IMG/VR virus record: IMGVR_UViG_3300029286_000011
DNA from: a virus
Lineage: Duplodnaviria > Caudoviricetes
Direction: 5' to 3' (one strand)
DNA length: 64,000 nt
The position numbers were made by a program, and so were the translations under genes. This document shows, one piece after another, positions 29,417 through 39,058 of this stretch; the first letter of the stretch is position 1; every line of letters begins with the position of its first letter. The notes beneath the pieces are model-generated. The model saw only the letters and a program-made list of their open reading frames with translations. It was not told the DNA's origin and ran no database searches.

Positions 29417-29701
29417 TCAGGACAACATAGTACGAGTACTGACAGCCGGTGCCGGCTCATCCTTAGCCACAGGATAGTCAATCGCCACACGACCATTGCT
29501 GCCACGCACGCTAAGCAAAGCCGTCGTATTGGCCTTATCATCGTCGATACGAATATAGGCCAGTGTTGCCGAGTCACGGCTGCGGAAGAACGTGGGCTCA
29601 AAGACAAGCTTCGAAACTTCCACCTCGTTACCGGCCTTATCGTACGCTTTGATCTTGGCCGAAAAGCCATCAGCAACGGGAACCAGTGTAACAGTCTTCA
29701 T
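29417..29701 (-). CDS. hypothetical protein
   Basis: 94-aa ORF abutting the upstream gene. Confidence 0.55.
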   Translation of the reverse strand: MKTVTLVPVADGFSAKIKAYDKAGNEVEVSKLVFEPTFFRSRDSATLAYIRIDDDKANTTALLSVRGSNGRVAIDYPVAKDEPAPAVSTRTMLS

Positions 29702-30547
29702 CTAGCTCTCCTTCTTTGAGTTGCGCCAGTCTTGTTGATAGTACTGCTGGAACAACTGTTTTTGATCCAGTGACATTTCCTGTTCCGTTACATCATGATA
29801 CGTGGATGGATCGCTAATTTGAACTCTACCCTCTTTCTTAGCTGTAGAGTAGCGATCACCAAGTTCAATCATTCGTATGTCGCCTGGGTAGCATTTGGCA
29901 ACTGCCACATACGGATCTTCGCCAGCAAACAATGCTCGTGCGAAGATCTGAGTATGATGAAAAGCCTTGCCCTTAACTAACTGCGGCAGATGAATTATAG
30001 GGTTACGACCGGTCTGGAAGAACAGGTTACCCTTGTTAGTCTCCAGGTCGAACATGGTTATTGGCACAACAGGTGCCCGTACAGGTATGACTGACGACCT
30101 CTCAAGGAATAGTGGGTCGGCGATCATAATGGGCTGCCATCGAACCCGAGTGATCAGACGCAGGTCCCAATCTTGAAAGGCCAGCGTGCCCATCCATTCT
30201 CTATAGGCAGCCCAAGGCGCTCTCTCCATGCCATACAAGACGTAGTTCCACGTTGGGTCTGTATCTACGTTTATGCCACGGAAGATAGGCTTAGTGAACT
30301 TCAGTGTTATGGGCGTTACCTGCCTACCATACACCTCCAGAAAGTCCATAAAGGGCTCTCGGCCCATCAGACGGACAAATGCGTATATCAGCGCCGGACT
30401 GTAGAAGTGGTATTCATCGTTTAGCGACGCAAGCGTCGTGGCACGGCTGATACGTAACTGCACCGTCTCCGCGCGCTCGCGCGGAAAAGCCTGTCCACCC
30501 TCTGTAAAACCAGATCGAAAGAGCTTAGGTAGCGGGGGAAGACTCAT
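29702..30547 (-). CDS. hypothetical protein
   Basis: 281-aa ORF. Confidence 0.65.
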   Translation of the reverse strand: MSLPPLPKLFRSGFTEGGQAFPRERAETVQLRISRATTLASLNDEYHFYSPALIYAFVRLMGREPFMDFLEVYGRQVTPITLKFTKPIFRGINVDTDPTWNYVLYGMERAPWAAYREWMGTLAFQDWDLRLITRVRWQPIMIADPLFLERSSVIPVRAPVVPITMFDLETNKGNLFFQTGRNPIIHLPQLVKGKAFHHTQIFARALFAGEDPYVAVAKCYPGDIRMIELGDRYSTAKKEGRVQISDPSTYHDVTEQEMSLDQKQLFQQYYQQDWRNSKKES

Positions 30548-30573
30548 GTGGCGCTACTTGTAGTTAAGGTGCT

Positions 30574-30615
30574 TATACTCTCAGGGCGGCAAACTAAGTC
30601 CGCCCTGAGAGTATA
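30574..30615. terminator. 16-bp perfect inverted repeat
   Basis: TATACTCTCAGGGCGG-N10-CCGCCCTGAGAGTATA, intergenic. Confidence 0.6.
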
Positions 30616-30649
30616 GCTTGGTGACCATTTCCCGTACAGTGGTCAAGTA

Positions 30650-31405
30650 CTAGCTTGGCAGCAACGCCGCCATGATGTCATCAGCCTGCGGAACAGGAAA
30701 CAACTGGAACCTATTGGCCAGTTCAAGTGTTAGCCTGAGATCTTCTTTGAGATTGATGTGCGCTGAATAGCCGCCACCATCAAACAACAGCTCTGGCAGT
30801 GTTGTCAGACCGGCCCGAGTCAGTAACTTCTGCATAGACACAGGTCCGTATGAGCCGTTCTCCTTAGGCCTGCGCACCTCAGCTTCAACAAGCATTTCAA
30901 ACGGATCGTATGCGTCTGTGTTGGCGTACCAGTAGCCTATCGGCACACGCAGACCCGTCTTCCGTTGTACATTGGCTTCTATAGCCTCGATGCCACTCAC
31001 ACGGGCGAACGACTTTGTATCAAAGCCATACAGCCACACGCCACGACTGCCCTCACCAGTGACTGAGAAGGCACGAGGAAACATGCTCAACAACCAGGTG
31101 ACAAACGCATGCGACGGATTGACATAGCCAGCAGGCCCGTAGTCAAGCGTCGATGAATCAAACAGCATAGAGGCGTTGGCATCAACGGCCAATATGCTGG
31201 TGATAGTGCCGGTCAGCTTCATGAAGGCAAGTTCACTAGCCAGCTTAGCCTTCTTGGTCTGAATATCTATAGCCTTCTTGAGTTCGTCCTTGAGCCGGCC
31301 ATCAGGAGCCGGATCCTCGATACCGATTACTGCGTCAGTTCGAGGCGATGCCGTATAGGCGACAACCACGGAGCTAGGTAGGGTCACAAAATTCCCCGAT
31401 GTCAA
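30650..31405 (-). CDS. diverged DnaQ-like 3'-5' exonuclease fold protein
   Basis: IDIQT (ExoI-like), LYGFDTKSF (ExoII-like), HINLKEDL (ExoIII-like). Confidence 0.45.
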   Translation of the reverse strand: MTSGNFVTLPSSVVVAYTASPRTDAVIGIEDPAPDGRLKDELKKAIDIQTKKAKLASELAFMKLTGTITSILAVDANASMLFDSSTLDYGPAGYVNPSHAFVTWLLSMFPRAFSVTGEGSRGVWLYGFDTKSFARVSGIEAIEANVQRKTGLRVPIGYWYANTDAYDPFEMLVEAEVRRPKENGSYGPVSMQKLLTRAGLTTLPELLFDGGGYSAHINLKEDLRLTLELANRFQLFPVPQADDIMAALLPS

Positions 31406-32460
31406 ATAGGAGTAACAATGTCCGTCAACAACTCATGCACGCTACCATCCTTCATACGTCGTGCGCTAGCTGACCAGCACGGACGATCCTCTGTGGTCTT
31501 GAGAAACCACACTTCATGATGCGCAAGCAATTCGGTCCACTCCGCATCAGGCGTTTCGTATATCTCATCAGACAACTCAAACGGCAGCATACCAAGCACG
31601 GCACAACCGGCGGCATCTGCCCATTTGCACAGCTGGCGGGTAAGCGCCGAAACAAGTCGCACAGGCCCGAGTATCTCCATGCCATCAGCCAGTGCCACCA
31701 TGTCCTCTATAACCAACAGATCAACACGATTCTGGTGTGTCTGCTTGAGCCATGGGTTTATGCAATCGGTCAGCGTTTTGACCGATCGACCCTGCTTAAT
31801 CCATCGATTAGCCGGTATAGCTAATCGTCGTTTGTCCTTGCCGGCAGACACATTAGCCACCAGCTGCATTCGATTACTCAGCGTGACAACGACTGGATTG
31901 AACTCACCTGTAGGTGCGTTGTATGCGTTGACAGCGCTGACCACATGCGACAGTACGGCAGCAGGCCCAACAACAACATTGCATGTGCCACGGGTCAAGC
32001 CAGTCAGTAGCTCTGGCCGTAGACCTGTAGGCACAATAAGCTGCCGCCTCTCAGAATCAGCTGCCTTCTCTGTCTCTGCAACTGTGTCCTGCTGTCTCTG
32101 ACCCTCACAAGCCAATTCGTTAGCCATGAATGGTACAACCTGCTTACTGATTGCTTGCGCAACTTCCTCTCTAGTAAACTCTCGCTTAGCCCAGAATAGC
32201 ATAGAGTCGTGCAGAAACTTTATGACCGCAGGGTCATTGGCGCGAAGCTCTGTGAGCCTACGCTCTAAAGACTGTGCAGCTAGAACAAACAGCTGTCTAG
32301 CTGTTTTCATCACCAGGCAGGCCACAGCAGTGCCTGCATCCGTGCTAAGCAGTTTCTGTGCATCGGCTGCCACTAACTTAAGATGATCCTCATTGAGCTT
32401 GCTCAACGCAGCCGGATCAATGTCAACCACTTCACGAGTGGTGTCTGGCGTGTCCATCAA
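31402..32460 (-). CDS. degenerate DnaB/RecA-fold protein, likely inactive
   Basis: TGLRPELLTGLTRGTCNVVVGP (no GKT), RVDLLVIEDM Walker B-like. Confidence 0.45.
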   Translation of the reverse strand: MMDTPDTTREVVDIDPAALSKLNEDHLKLVAADAQKLLSTDAGTAVACLVMKTARQLFVLAAQSLERRLTELRANDPAVIKFLHDSMLFWAKREFTREEVAQAISKQVVPFMANELACEGQRQQDTVAETEKAADSERRQLIVPTGLRPELLTGLTRGTCNVVVGPAAVLSHVVSAVNAYNAPTGEFNPVVVTLSNRMQLVANVSAGKDKRRLAIPANRWIKQGRSVKTLTDCINPWLKQTHQNRVDLLVIEDMVALADGMEILGPVRLVSALTRQLCKWADAAGCAVLGMLPFELSDEIYETPDAEWTELLAHHEVWFLKTTEDRPCWSASARRMKDGSVHELLTDIVTPI

Positions 32461-32480
32461 CTACTCCTGTTGATCGAGGT

Positions 32481-32506
32481 AGATGTAATTAGCGCTAATT
32501 ACATCT
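32481..32506. promoter_or_regulatory. palindromic motif copy 3 (26-bp perfect)
   Basis: AGATGTAATTAGCGCTAATTACATCT; supplies the RuvC stop codon and lies 20 bp upstream of the next gene. Confidence 0.75.
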
Positions 32507-33029
32507 TTTGATAACTTTGACGGCCCCACTCTGCGATCAACAGTGCTTCGGCACGGTTGTGGTCCTTAACCCGCGTAAACGACACGGTGGGAAATAGCTG
32601 CGTAGCTCTACGCCTAGAGGCTTCCTTGCCCTCGCCTCGACCCACCATCGCAGGCCTCCAGCGTGCTGGTGACACTTTTGTGTAAGCCAGCCCGACAGCG
32701 GCCATAACACCCTCAATCATGCCGCAGGCCCGTCCAAAGGCCTCGACAGCAACCTTACCATCCTTGGGCATCGAGTGCGTATCTTCAAGCCAAGCCACGA
32801 CGCGCGTGTCGAAGGATTCGCCACCTAGAGCTGCAATGTCGTGTAACAGCGTTACAAGCGCGCCGGCATCCAGAACAGTTTTCTTGCGCTTGTTACCGGC
32901 TTTGGTCTTACCGCCAGTTTGAAACGTGATTGTCGGTAAGTCTACAACCCAAGCCTGCTTGCCGTTTATCACGGCAACTGCGCCGTGAACACCTGGATCA
33001 ATGCCTACGTGTATTACAGCCATTACCAA
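32499..33029 (-). CDS. ruvC: RuvC-like Holliday junction resolvase
   Basis: VGIDPGVHGA, AWLEDT, FGRACG, WRPAM, DHNRAEALLIA. Confidence 0.85.
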   Translation of the reverse strand: MVMAVIHVGIDPGVHGAVAVINGKQAWVVDLPTITFQTGGKTKAGNKRKKTVLDAGALVTLLHDIAALGGESFDTRVVAWLEDTHSMPKDGKVAVEAFGRACGMIEGVMAAVGLAYTKVSPARWRPAMVGRGEGKEASRRRATQLFPTVSFTRVKDHNRAEALLIAEWGRQSYQKM

Positions 33030-33538
33030 ATGTCCTTCTTGTTCAATCCAAGTCGACGGCTAAACCATCTGGTTAGATAGTGCCACCGTCGACGCCACTT
33101 GCCGGCTGTAATGATCAGCTCGGCGCGCTTCCCTGCGCGAACTAGTTGCTTGACTGTTATCGTAGTTTCGTCTTGGAACATGGCATACTCGCGTAACGCT
33201 GCGAATATGGTGCCTGTCATAACAGCGCCCAAATAGAACGAAAAGGCTACGCGGGCCTGTGGCTTGGCATTGAACCAGCCTGACTTCTTCAATGCGCCTT
33301 CCAGCTCAACGTCTGGATCACTCGACATGTTCAGAAAGTCTATAAAGGCCTTGGTCGCATCGGCCAAATCAGACATCGTCACATTGCTTGACTTAAGCCA
33401 AGCATCGAGCTCTGGAAAGGCCTGCACCTTTTCAAGCCTCTTGGCTATGTCCTTGACCAAGGCCGGGCAGACATAGACTATATCGCGCTGTGGGCTGTAC
33501 CCAGGACCACCAGTCTTAGGCCTGACTTGTACCGCCAT
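33023..33538 (-). CDS. hypothetical protein
   Basis: 171-aa ORF, translationally coupled. Confidence 0.6.
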   Translation of the reverse strand: MAVQVRPKTGGPGYSPQRDIVYVCPALVKDIAKRLEKVQAFPELDAWLKSSNVTMSDLADATKAFIDFLNMSSDPDVELEGALKKSGWFNAKPQARVAFSFYLGAVMTGTIFAALREYAMFQDETTITVKQLVRAGKRAELIITAGKWRRRWHYLTRWFSRRLGLNKKDIW

Positions 33539-33998
33539 CGGTCCATCCTTGTCTGATTAGTGCTAACCGTAGATCTGGTGCAACCCAGTCTAGAGGCTTA
33601 ATAAGCTTGCCGTCTTCACGAATCGTGTGACCTGGGCCAAACTTAGCCAAGTTCGATAGATCAACAAGCGTCTGTACTTCATCGTCAGCCACACCGCAAG
33701 CACTCAATGTGCCTGTAGTGACAACGCGAATATCGCAGCAGCCGTCGACAACCTCAACGAGGTCAACCGGCCCGTCTGGCACAACCTCGAACTTAGAGAT
33801 GTGTGAATCAATACGCGAACCATTCACTTGAAGCGTACATCCTAGTGCAGCAATGGTCTCAAGTGCTTCCTCAAGAATAAGGCGAGCACGCAACGACCTT
33901 ACACTGGCATCAGGAATACAGGGCGCCTCAGGAACAGCCTGACACGCCCGGTACATGAATAATTCAACCAGCTTCTGGTGTGGTGTTTTACTGCACAC
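33516..33998 (-). CDS. MazG/PRA-PH-like NTP pyrophosphohydrolase
   Basis: LILEEALE, EVVDGCCDI, SNLAK, REDGKLIKP..W..PDL. Confidence 0.8.
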   Translation of the reverse strand: MCSKTPHQKLVELFMYRACQAVPEAPCIPDASVRSLRARLILEEALETIAALGCTLQVNGSRIDSHISKFEVVPDGPVDLVEVVDGCCDIRVVTTGTLSACGVADDEVQTLVDLSNLAKFGPGHTIREDGKLIKPLDWVAPDLRLALIRQGWTDGGTSQA

Positions 33999-34488
33999 TA
34001 GCAGACTCCTTTACGGCAGACAGCAGTTCTTCCTGCGTTGCCTCGTACTGGATTTCAGGCGGGAATTGCAGGTCTGGGTGGTGATAATGTGCCAAAGCTG
34101 TAAGCAAGCTCTCAGCATAAGCTACAAGCGCTGACGCATCCTCCAGCTGTACCTTGAACAGCGGCCAGTCCACACCACGGTCGCCCAGGTCAACAAGGGC
34201 CTGTGCTATCACCATGCGACAATTTGCTACCTGTACAGCCATGCTTCTGTACCTGGCAGGCAGTATATTCAAGCATGGCGGCACTGTGGCGTCTGTTTCC
34301 TCGACAACGTTGTCCAGCAGCTCGCATGTCTGCGGGTACTCTTCCTCGAAGGGCAAGTTCATCTGGCCGTCTAACGGCCCATCGTCAGACGAGTCCTTGG
34401 CTGGCGCGAGTGTGAGATCGATGGTATCTCCCTGCGGGTTCAATTCATCGTTATCGTATTCTGCGTTGTCCACGACATAGTTCTCCAT
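33988..34488 (-). CDS. hypothetical acidic protein
   Basis: 166-aa ORF. Confidence 0.55.
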   Translation of the reverse strand: MENYVVDNAEYDNDELNPQGDTIDLTLAPAKDSSDDGPLDGQMNLPFEEEYPQTCELLDNVVEETDATVPPCLNILPARYRSMAVQVANCRMVIAQALVDLGDRGVDWPLFKVQLEDASALVAYAESLLTALAHYHHPDLQFPPEIQYEATQEELLSAVKESASVQ

Positions 34489-34501
34489 TGGTCAGATCTG
34501 T

Positions 34502-34771
34502 TCAGTCATCGTAGCCCACGTCTTCGTCCCAGTCGTCATCGTCCTCATCCCAGTCATCATCGTCCCAATCGTCGTCATCTTCGTCTTCGTCGTCTTCGTC
34601 ATCGTCCTCATACCATTCGTCATCGTCGGCGTCGTCCCACCCATCGTCTTCATCGACTCCGTCTTGGCAATCTATGTGCAGGCGCTGTTCGCTTAAGCAT
34701 CGACGCCCTGTTGTAGGAAATATAGAAATAGGTGCAGTGTGATAAGTCATAACAAGTCCCCTGTAGAGCAA
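34502..34771 (-). CDS. small highly acidic protein
   Basis: C-terminal half almost entirely D/E with periodic W. Confidence 0.5.
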   Translation of the reverse strand: MLYRGLVMTYHTAPISIFPTTGRRCLSEQRLHIDCQDGVDEDDGWDDADDDEWYEDDDEDDEDEDDDDWDDDDWDEDDDDWDEDVGYDD

Positions 34772-34773
34772 GA

Positions 34774-35679
34774 TTAACCGCCGCTACGCAATTTAGCGTG
34801 ATAACATTCCACACACATACCTTGATGCTTAGCGGCTGGATCAAACCAACCTACCTCGTCACACTCCGTACAGTGCCTAGGAAAATACGTACAATCGTGA
34901 ACAGCCCTGTCACACTGATCCATTCCTACATGACAAGAGTAACACGGATGATCTGGTTCGTATCCTTTGGGACACGGATTTATAGCATGCGAACGTAATC
35001 GTAGCCAATGTCGGTTCCAGGTCAACTCAGTACCGTTGGAACTTACCTGCTCAAAATCTGGCTTGCTGCCGCTCAACGTAACGTCAATCAAGGCAGAGCA
35101 ACGCAGATTAACAAACTCCATGCAGTCCTTGAAGGGCTTATCTCTGAATGGCGCGGAAAATCCTAGCCGACGCGCCAATACGCTGCAGAATTTACGGGTC
35201 CATGTTTTCTCTATACGCTGCCCGCAAGGTGTGCCTGCCAATACAAGGCAGTCAAATATGGCGGCCTGCTCACCACGCCGGGTAAACCAACGATGTGCGC
35301 CCATAAACTGAACAGGCACCCACTCGTTAACCCTCTGGCCTGTCCACGGGGATACAGGTCGACCTGCCTTGAGCTCGGCAATATTGCCAAGTAAGCGCCA
35401 CACAATGCTGTTCAGAACTTTGGATGTCAGCTCTTGCCCGTAATAGAAAGACAACGACTCTTTCAATGCGTCTTCGTCTATACCTCTGGGTAACAGCTGC
35501 ATCAACATAGCCAATACAACGTCCCTGGTGTCATGCGAATAACGCAAATGCGCTATCTGCACTAAGCCAGGGTGCTGCATTATCTTCTGCTTTTCACTCA
35601 GTATTTTGGCAACAGAGTGCCTGTGAGTTTTTGTAGCAGCTGTCATAACTGTCAATGTATGCTGGCCAAGTCCATCCAT
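34774..35679 (-). CDS. hypothetical protein with C-terminal Cys-rich zinc-binding region
   Basis: CPKGY..HPCYSCH...C....H, CTEC...CVEC. Confidence 0.65.
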   Translation of the reverse strand: MDGLGQHTLTVMTAATKTHRHSVAKILSEKQKIMQHPGLVQIAHLRYSHDTRDVVLAMLMQLLPRGIDEDALKESLSFYYGQELTSKVLNSIVWRLLGNIAELKAGRPVSPWTGQRVNEWVPVQFMGAHRWFTRRGEQAAIFDCLVLAGTPCGQRIEKTWTRKFCSVLARRLGFSAPFRDKPFKDCMEFVNLRCSALIDVTLSGSKPDFEQVSSNGTELTWNRHWLRLRSHAINPCPKGYEPDHPCYSCHVGMDQCDRAVHDCTYFPRHCTECDEVGWFDPAAKHQGMCVECYHAKLRSGG

Positions 35680-36077
35680 TCTGCTTCAACATCAGGCGTA
35701 AACGCCAAGACACGCTGCGTTGCTTCATCCAAGAACATGTAATGCACCCCGTCGCGTGTCCGCCTTACAGATAGCAACGGTAGATCTGTGAAAGTCAGTG
35801 GCTTGAGGATTTCCAGGCTGCGTCCCATTGTGGCAGAGACTTGTTTCAAGTCTCCACCTGTGTTGAGATAGTCGCAGACAGCTGCCCACAGAATTACTTC
35901 TCGTTGCTGCGAGGCGACAGCTTTCCAATCCTTGGTGCTGTCTGTCCATACAGACAACGTGTGCACCGGTCCTTCATTATCTAGACTGTTCTCGTAACGA
36001 AGCGCCACATACAGCTCGCCTGTGGCCATTTCGCCATAGATTACACGCCAGCCGTCGGTACAACTAGGCGTCTGCAT
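35652..36077 (-). CDS. hypothetical protein
   Basis: 141-aa ORF in operon. Confidence 0.55.
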   Translation of the reverse strand: MQTPSCTDGWRVIYGEMATGELYVALRYENSLDNEGPVHTLSVWTDSTKDWKAVASQQREVILWAAVCDYLNTGGDLKQVSATMGRSLEILKPLTFTDLPLLSVRRTRDGVHYMFLDEATQRVLAFTPDVEAEWMDLASIH

Positions 36078-36456
36078 TCGTCGGCCCTTTTGATAGAGCT
36101 ATGGCTGCACGAGCCTCGCCAGCCGACTTGATAAGACGTTCCAGCATCTCATCCATCTTCTGTTCGATCTGGTTAACCAGTGGCCCAAGGATGCCTTGGA
36201 TAATCACCTTTCGCTTATCAGCCGGATAGTGATTGATGATCGACTGGAAATCGATATTGATGTTAGCCGTGTCGGGAGCTGCCGTGCCTGATGGGGGCAG
36301 TATCGTCAGCACCAGACGGTCAGCCTTACCCTCGTTGGCTGATTCCTTGGCTGCCGTTATGACCTGCACACAACGCTGCAGTTCTCGGCTAGCGCCAAAT
36401 ACACCCTGCATAGACCTTGGCAAGCTTGGTCGACTTGTAACCTCTGACTCACTCAT
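36064..36456 (-). CDS. hypothetical protein
   Basis: 130-aa ORF in operon. Confidence 0.55.
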   Translation of the reverse strand: MSESEVTSRPSLPRSMQGVFGASRELQRCVQVITAAKESANEGKADRLVLTILPPSGTAAPDTANINIDFQSIINHYPADKRKVIIQGILGPLVNQIEQKMDEMLERLIKSAGEARAAIALSKGPTNADA

Positions 36457-36458
36457 AC

Positions 36459-36905
36459 CTAGCCTCCTTCACATTCAACGGCAAATCCAATCCAACACTG
36501 AAACTTATCGTGCACCTTGTCACGCAAGATAGTGCCATAGACCAGCAGTAGACGCTCTGCCGGTTTGTCTAGTTGCGTTTGCGCCAGCTGTGTTGCAATA
36601 GCGCCGATCTGTAGACCCAGGTGCAATATTATGCCTGGCCTGTTCTGCAGCTCGTAGGCAAACAATGGAACACGAACATATTCGCTGCCTTTGTCCCGAC
36701 TCCAGTTCACTTCGTCTGCGTCTACACGGTTCTGCGCTATCAACCATAACTTGTTATTGCTGCGCTTCGTGTGAACAGAGAACGGTGACTTAGGTGTTTC
36801 GCTAGCTGATCGCCTTTCAATCAGAACACTGCTGCGTCCGTCCTTAACTTCTCCTAGCTTCACCTGTTGCACGTCGATTATCATGGTCACCCTCCGACAC
36901 AACAC
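36459..36905 (-). CDS. hypothetical protein
   Basis: 148-aa ORF in operon. Confidence 0.55.
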   Translation of the reverse strand: MLCRRVTMIIDVQQVKLGEVKDGRSSVLIERRSASETPKSPFSVHTKRSNNKLWLIAQNRVDADEVNWSRDKGSEYVRVPLFAYELQNRPGIILHLGLQIGAIATQLAQTQLDKPAERLLLVYGTILRDKVHDKFQCWIGFAVECEGG

Positions 36906-37699
36906 TTTGTTAATTCAAAATCCTGATGTGTTAAGTCAGGTGTAAGCCCAGGCTCCCACTTGGCCCCTAGCGCAGATACGCTAAGACCACGGCGCTTAGC
37001 TGAAGAGTGTGCACCAAATACGTCTGCATTAAGCCGCACACAGCTTACTTCGTTAACAACACGAAGCTTCTGCTGCCGACATAACTCGCCTAGTAGTGAG
37101 TCACCGCCATTATGGTGCAGCTCAGGCCATGGCCAGTTGTATTTCTGTAATACACTGCTACGCGCCATCCAGAAAGAACCTTGGCAGAACTTGAAGCACG
37201 GCCTTGAGCCTCTCTTTGGCGGTAGCCCTACAGCCGGGTCATACCAAGGCTGCTGCTGAAGCCATTCCAGCTGTCTGCCTTGGGCAGGCATAAACCAGCG
37301 ATACTGGCCTACGATGTCTGCGTGCTCACCTGCGGTAAGCATTGTAGTCCAGAAGGCGTCGTTGTATCCGGCCAGATAACTGTCGTCATCAAACCACATA
37401 AACCAACGCCCAGGTGGATCATCATGATCGTAGAGCATACGACGCATCAGCGGGTACTTGCCTACATTACGCGACGGAATGTATAGCGTGGTTCTTAGGC
37501 CTGTACGACTGGCCACGGAATCAGCAAATCTATCCACCTCTTCCTTCACTACTGTGCTGAGCTGATTGCAGCCTATCTTTATCTCCTGTACTACTGACTT
37601 ACCGGCAGGCAGTACGGACAAGATAGAGCCCAGACATCGGCGAGCCAGCTGAGGATAGTCGCCATATAGCAGTATTCCTACGGTGAGCATAAACAACAC
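36887..37699 (-). CDS. family 2 glycosyltransferase-like protein
   Basis: NVGKYPLMR, WFMWFDDDSY, GGDSLLGE. Confidence 0.75.
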   Translation of the reverse strand: MLFMLTVGILLYGDYPQLARRCLGSILSVLPAGKSVVQEIKIGCNQLSTVVKEEVDRFADSVASRTGLRTTLYIPSRNVGKYPLMRRMLYDHDDPPGRWFMWFDDDSYLAGYNDAFWTTMLTAGEHADIVGQYRWFMPAQGRQLEWLQQQPWYDPAVGLPPKRGSRPCFKFCQGSFWMARSSVLQKYNWPWPELHHNGGDSLLGELCRQQKLRVVNEVSCVRLNADVFGAHSSAKRRGLSVSALGAKWEPGLTPDLTHQDFELTKCCVGG

Positions 37700-37747
37700 T
37701 CCAGGGACGGTTATTGGCCGTCCCTGGAGTTATGGCGACTTGGTTGA

Positions 37748-39058
37748 CTACTGACGACGAGACGGAGCAGGTCTTGCTGTTTTGCCTGTGCCTATGCGGG
37801 CGCGGGCGGCAGCAATACGGGACTGAGTTTCCGGTTGTGTTGCCGGGCTTACAGTCTTAGCCCTTGCCGGCGGCTCTACCGGCTCTTCAGCCTCATCCTC
37901 GTCTTCTTCGTCTTCCTCTGCGTCATCCTCCTCGTCTTCTTCGTCTTCGGATTCCGCAGGGTCTTCATCTTCGTCTTCGTCGTCAACGTCTTGCTCGTCG
38001 GCGTCATCTTCCTCGGCGTCATCTTCCTCGACTTCGGCCACATCGTCTGCAACCTCGTCAGCGACATCGACGTCGTCTTCAGCCGTCTCTTCAACGACTT
38101 CCACGATATCTTCGACTTCTTCCTCTTCGTCAACAGCCGGCTCGTCTTCGGTAACCCGATCAGACTTGGGCACACGAGTGGAAGACTTCTTCTTCAATAC
38201 CTTCTTGATACGCTTCACAGCGTCCTGGGTCTGCCCAAGAAGCTTGTCCACAGCCTTCGACGCTTCCTGCAACTCATCACAGGTAAGCATCAGCTTCTCA
38301 AGCAGAGAGTCGTCGTAGCTATCCGGCGGGGTCGATTCGATCTTGCCGAAGATATGCTCAGCCCACACAGCCTGCTGATCAGCAAGCTGCTGTCGCCAGA
38401 AACAAATCTGGGCCAAGCCGGCAATTGGTGATCGTGGTGCTGCTCGCTTACGACCGCGACGAGCACCGCCTGGAGCCGCTGTAGTGGGCGTTGTAGCGCC
38501 GCCCTGCACCTCAGCGATCTTTCGCTGCAGTTCGTCGGTTGTCAGCTTAGCCGAGATCATCTCCTTCTCGATCTGGCCGCGAACCGACGGCTTCTCTTCC
38601 TCCAACGCCGCAAGACGGAAGAAATGCGTCAACGTTAGACGCATCTGCGCCTTCTCAGCACGGTCACAAATGAGTTCGATGCGCTCACGCGAATAGCATC
38701 GAACAAGCTTACGCAGCTTGCGAAGGTCAGCAGCAGCAATGTTCATGGCAGCTGCCAGCTTTTCAGTGGCGTGCTCGCCATACTTGCTTTCGTTCTGGCT
38801 GACCGAGGCAATCTTGTCCCCTACATCCCAGTGCGCCATGATCAGCTCACGGTCGCTACGAATAACACGCTTGCGAAGAATGTCATAGACCTTTCGCAAG
38901 GCCGGGTTCATCTGAGCAACAGCTTCCTCTGCCGTGATGTTGATGACGGGAACTTCATCCTCGTCAGCAGCGGCCTTGGAAACCAGCTCAACGCTAACAG
39001 GCTTAGCGGTCTTGGCGAGTTTACGCCGCGCAGTCTTGCGCCTAACTACTTTTGCCAC
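37748..39058 (-). CDS. YhcG/DUF1016 N-terminal-like DNA-binding protein with acidic tail
   Basis: LIMAHWDVGDKI...SKYGEHATEKLA...LTLTHFFRL; long D/E tract. Confidence 0.55.
   Translation of the reverse strand: MAKVVRRKTARRKLAKTAKPVSVELVSKAAADEDEVPVINITAEEAVAQMNPALRKVYDILRKRVIRSDRELIMAHWDVGDKIASVSQNESKYGEHATEKLAAAMNIAAADLRKLRKLVRCYSRERIELICDRAEKAQMRLTLTHFFRLAALEEEKPSVRGQIEKEMISAKLTTDELQRKIAEVQGGATTPTTAAPGGARRGRKRAAPRSPIAGLAQICFWRQQLADQQAVWAEHIFGKIESTPPDSYDDSLLEKLMLTCDELQEASKAVDKLLGQTQDAVKRIKKVLKKKSSTRVPKSDRVTEDEPAVDEEEEVEDIVEVVEETAEDDVDVADEVADDVAEVEEDDAEEDDADEQDVDDEDEDEDPAESEDEEDEEDDAEEDEEDEDEAEEPVEPPARAKTVSPATQPETQSRIAAARARIGTGKTARPAPSRRQ

Noticed and set aside
32499-33029. RuvC gene as a TasR-type nuclease
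   Set aside because: Stand-alone 176-aa resolvase with no Nop domain; ordinary in a phage recombination cluster.
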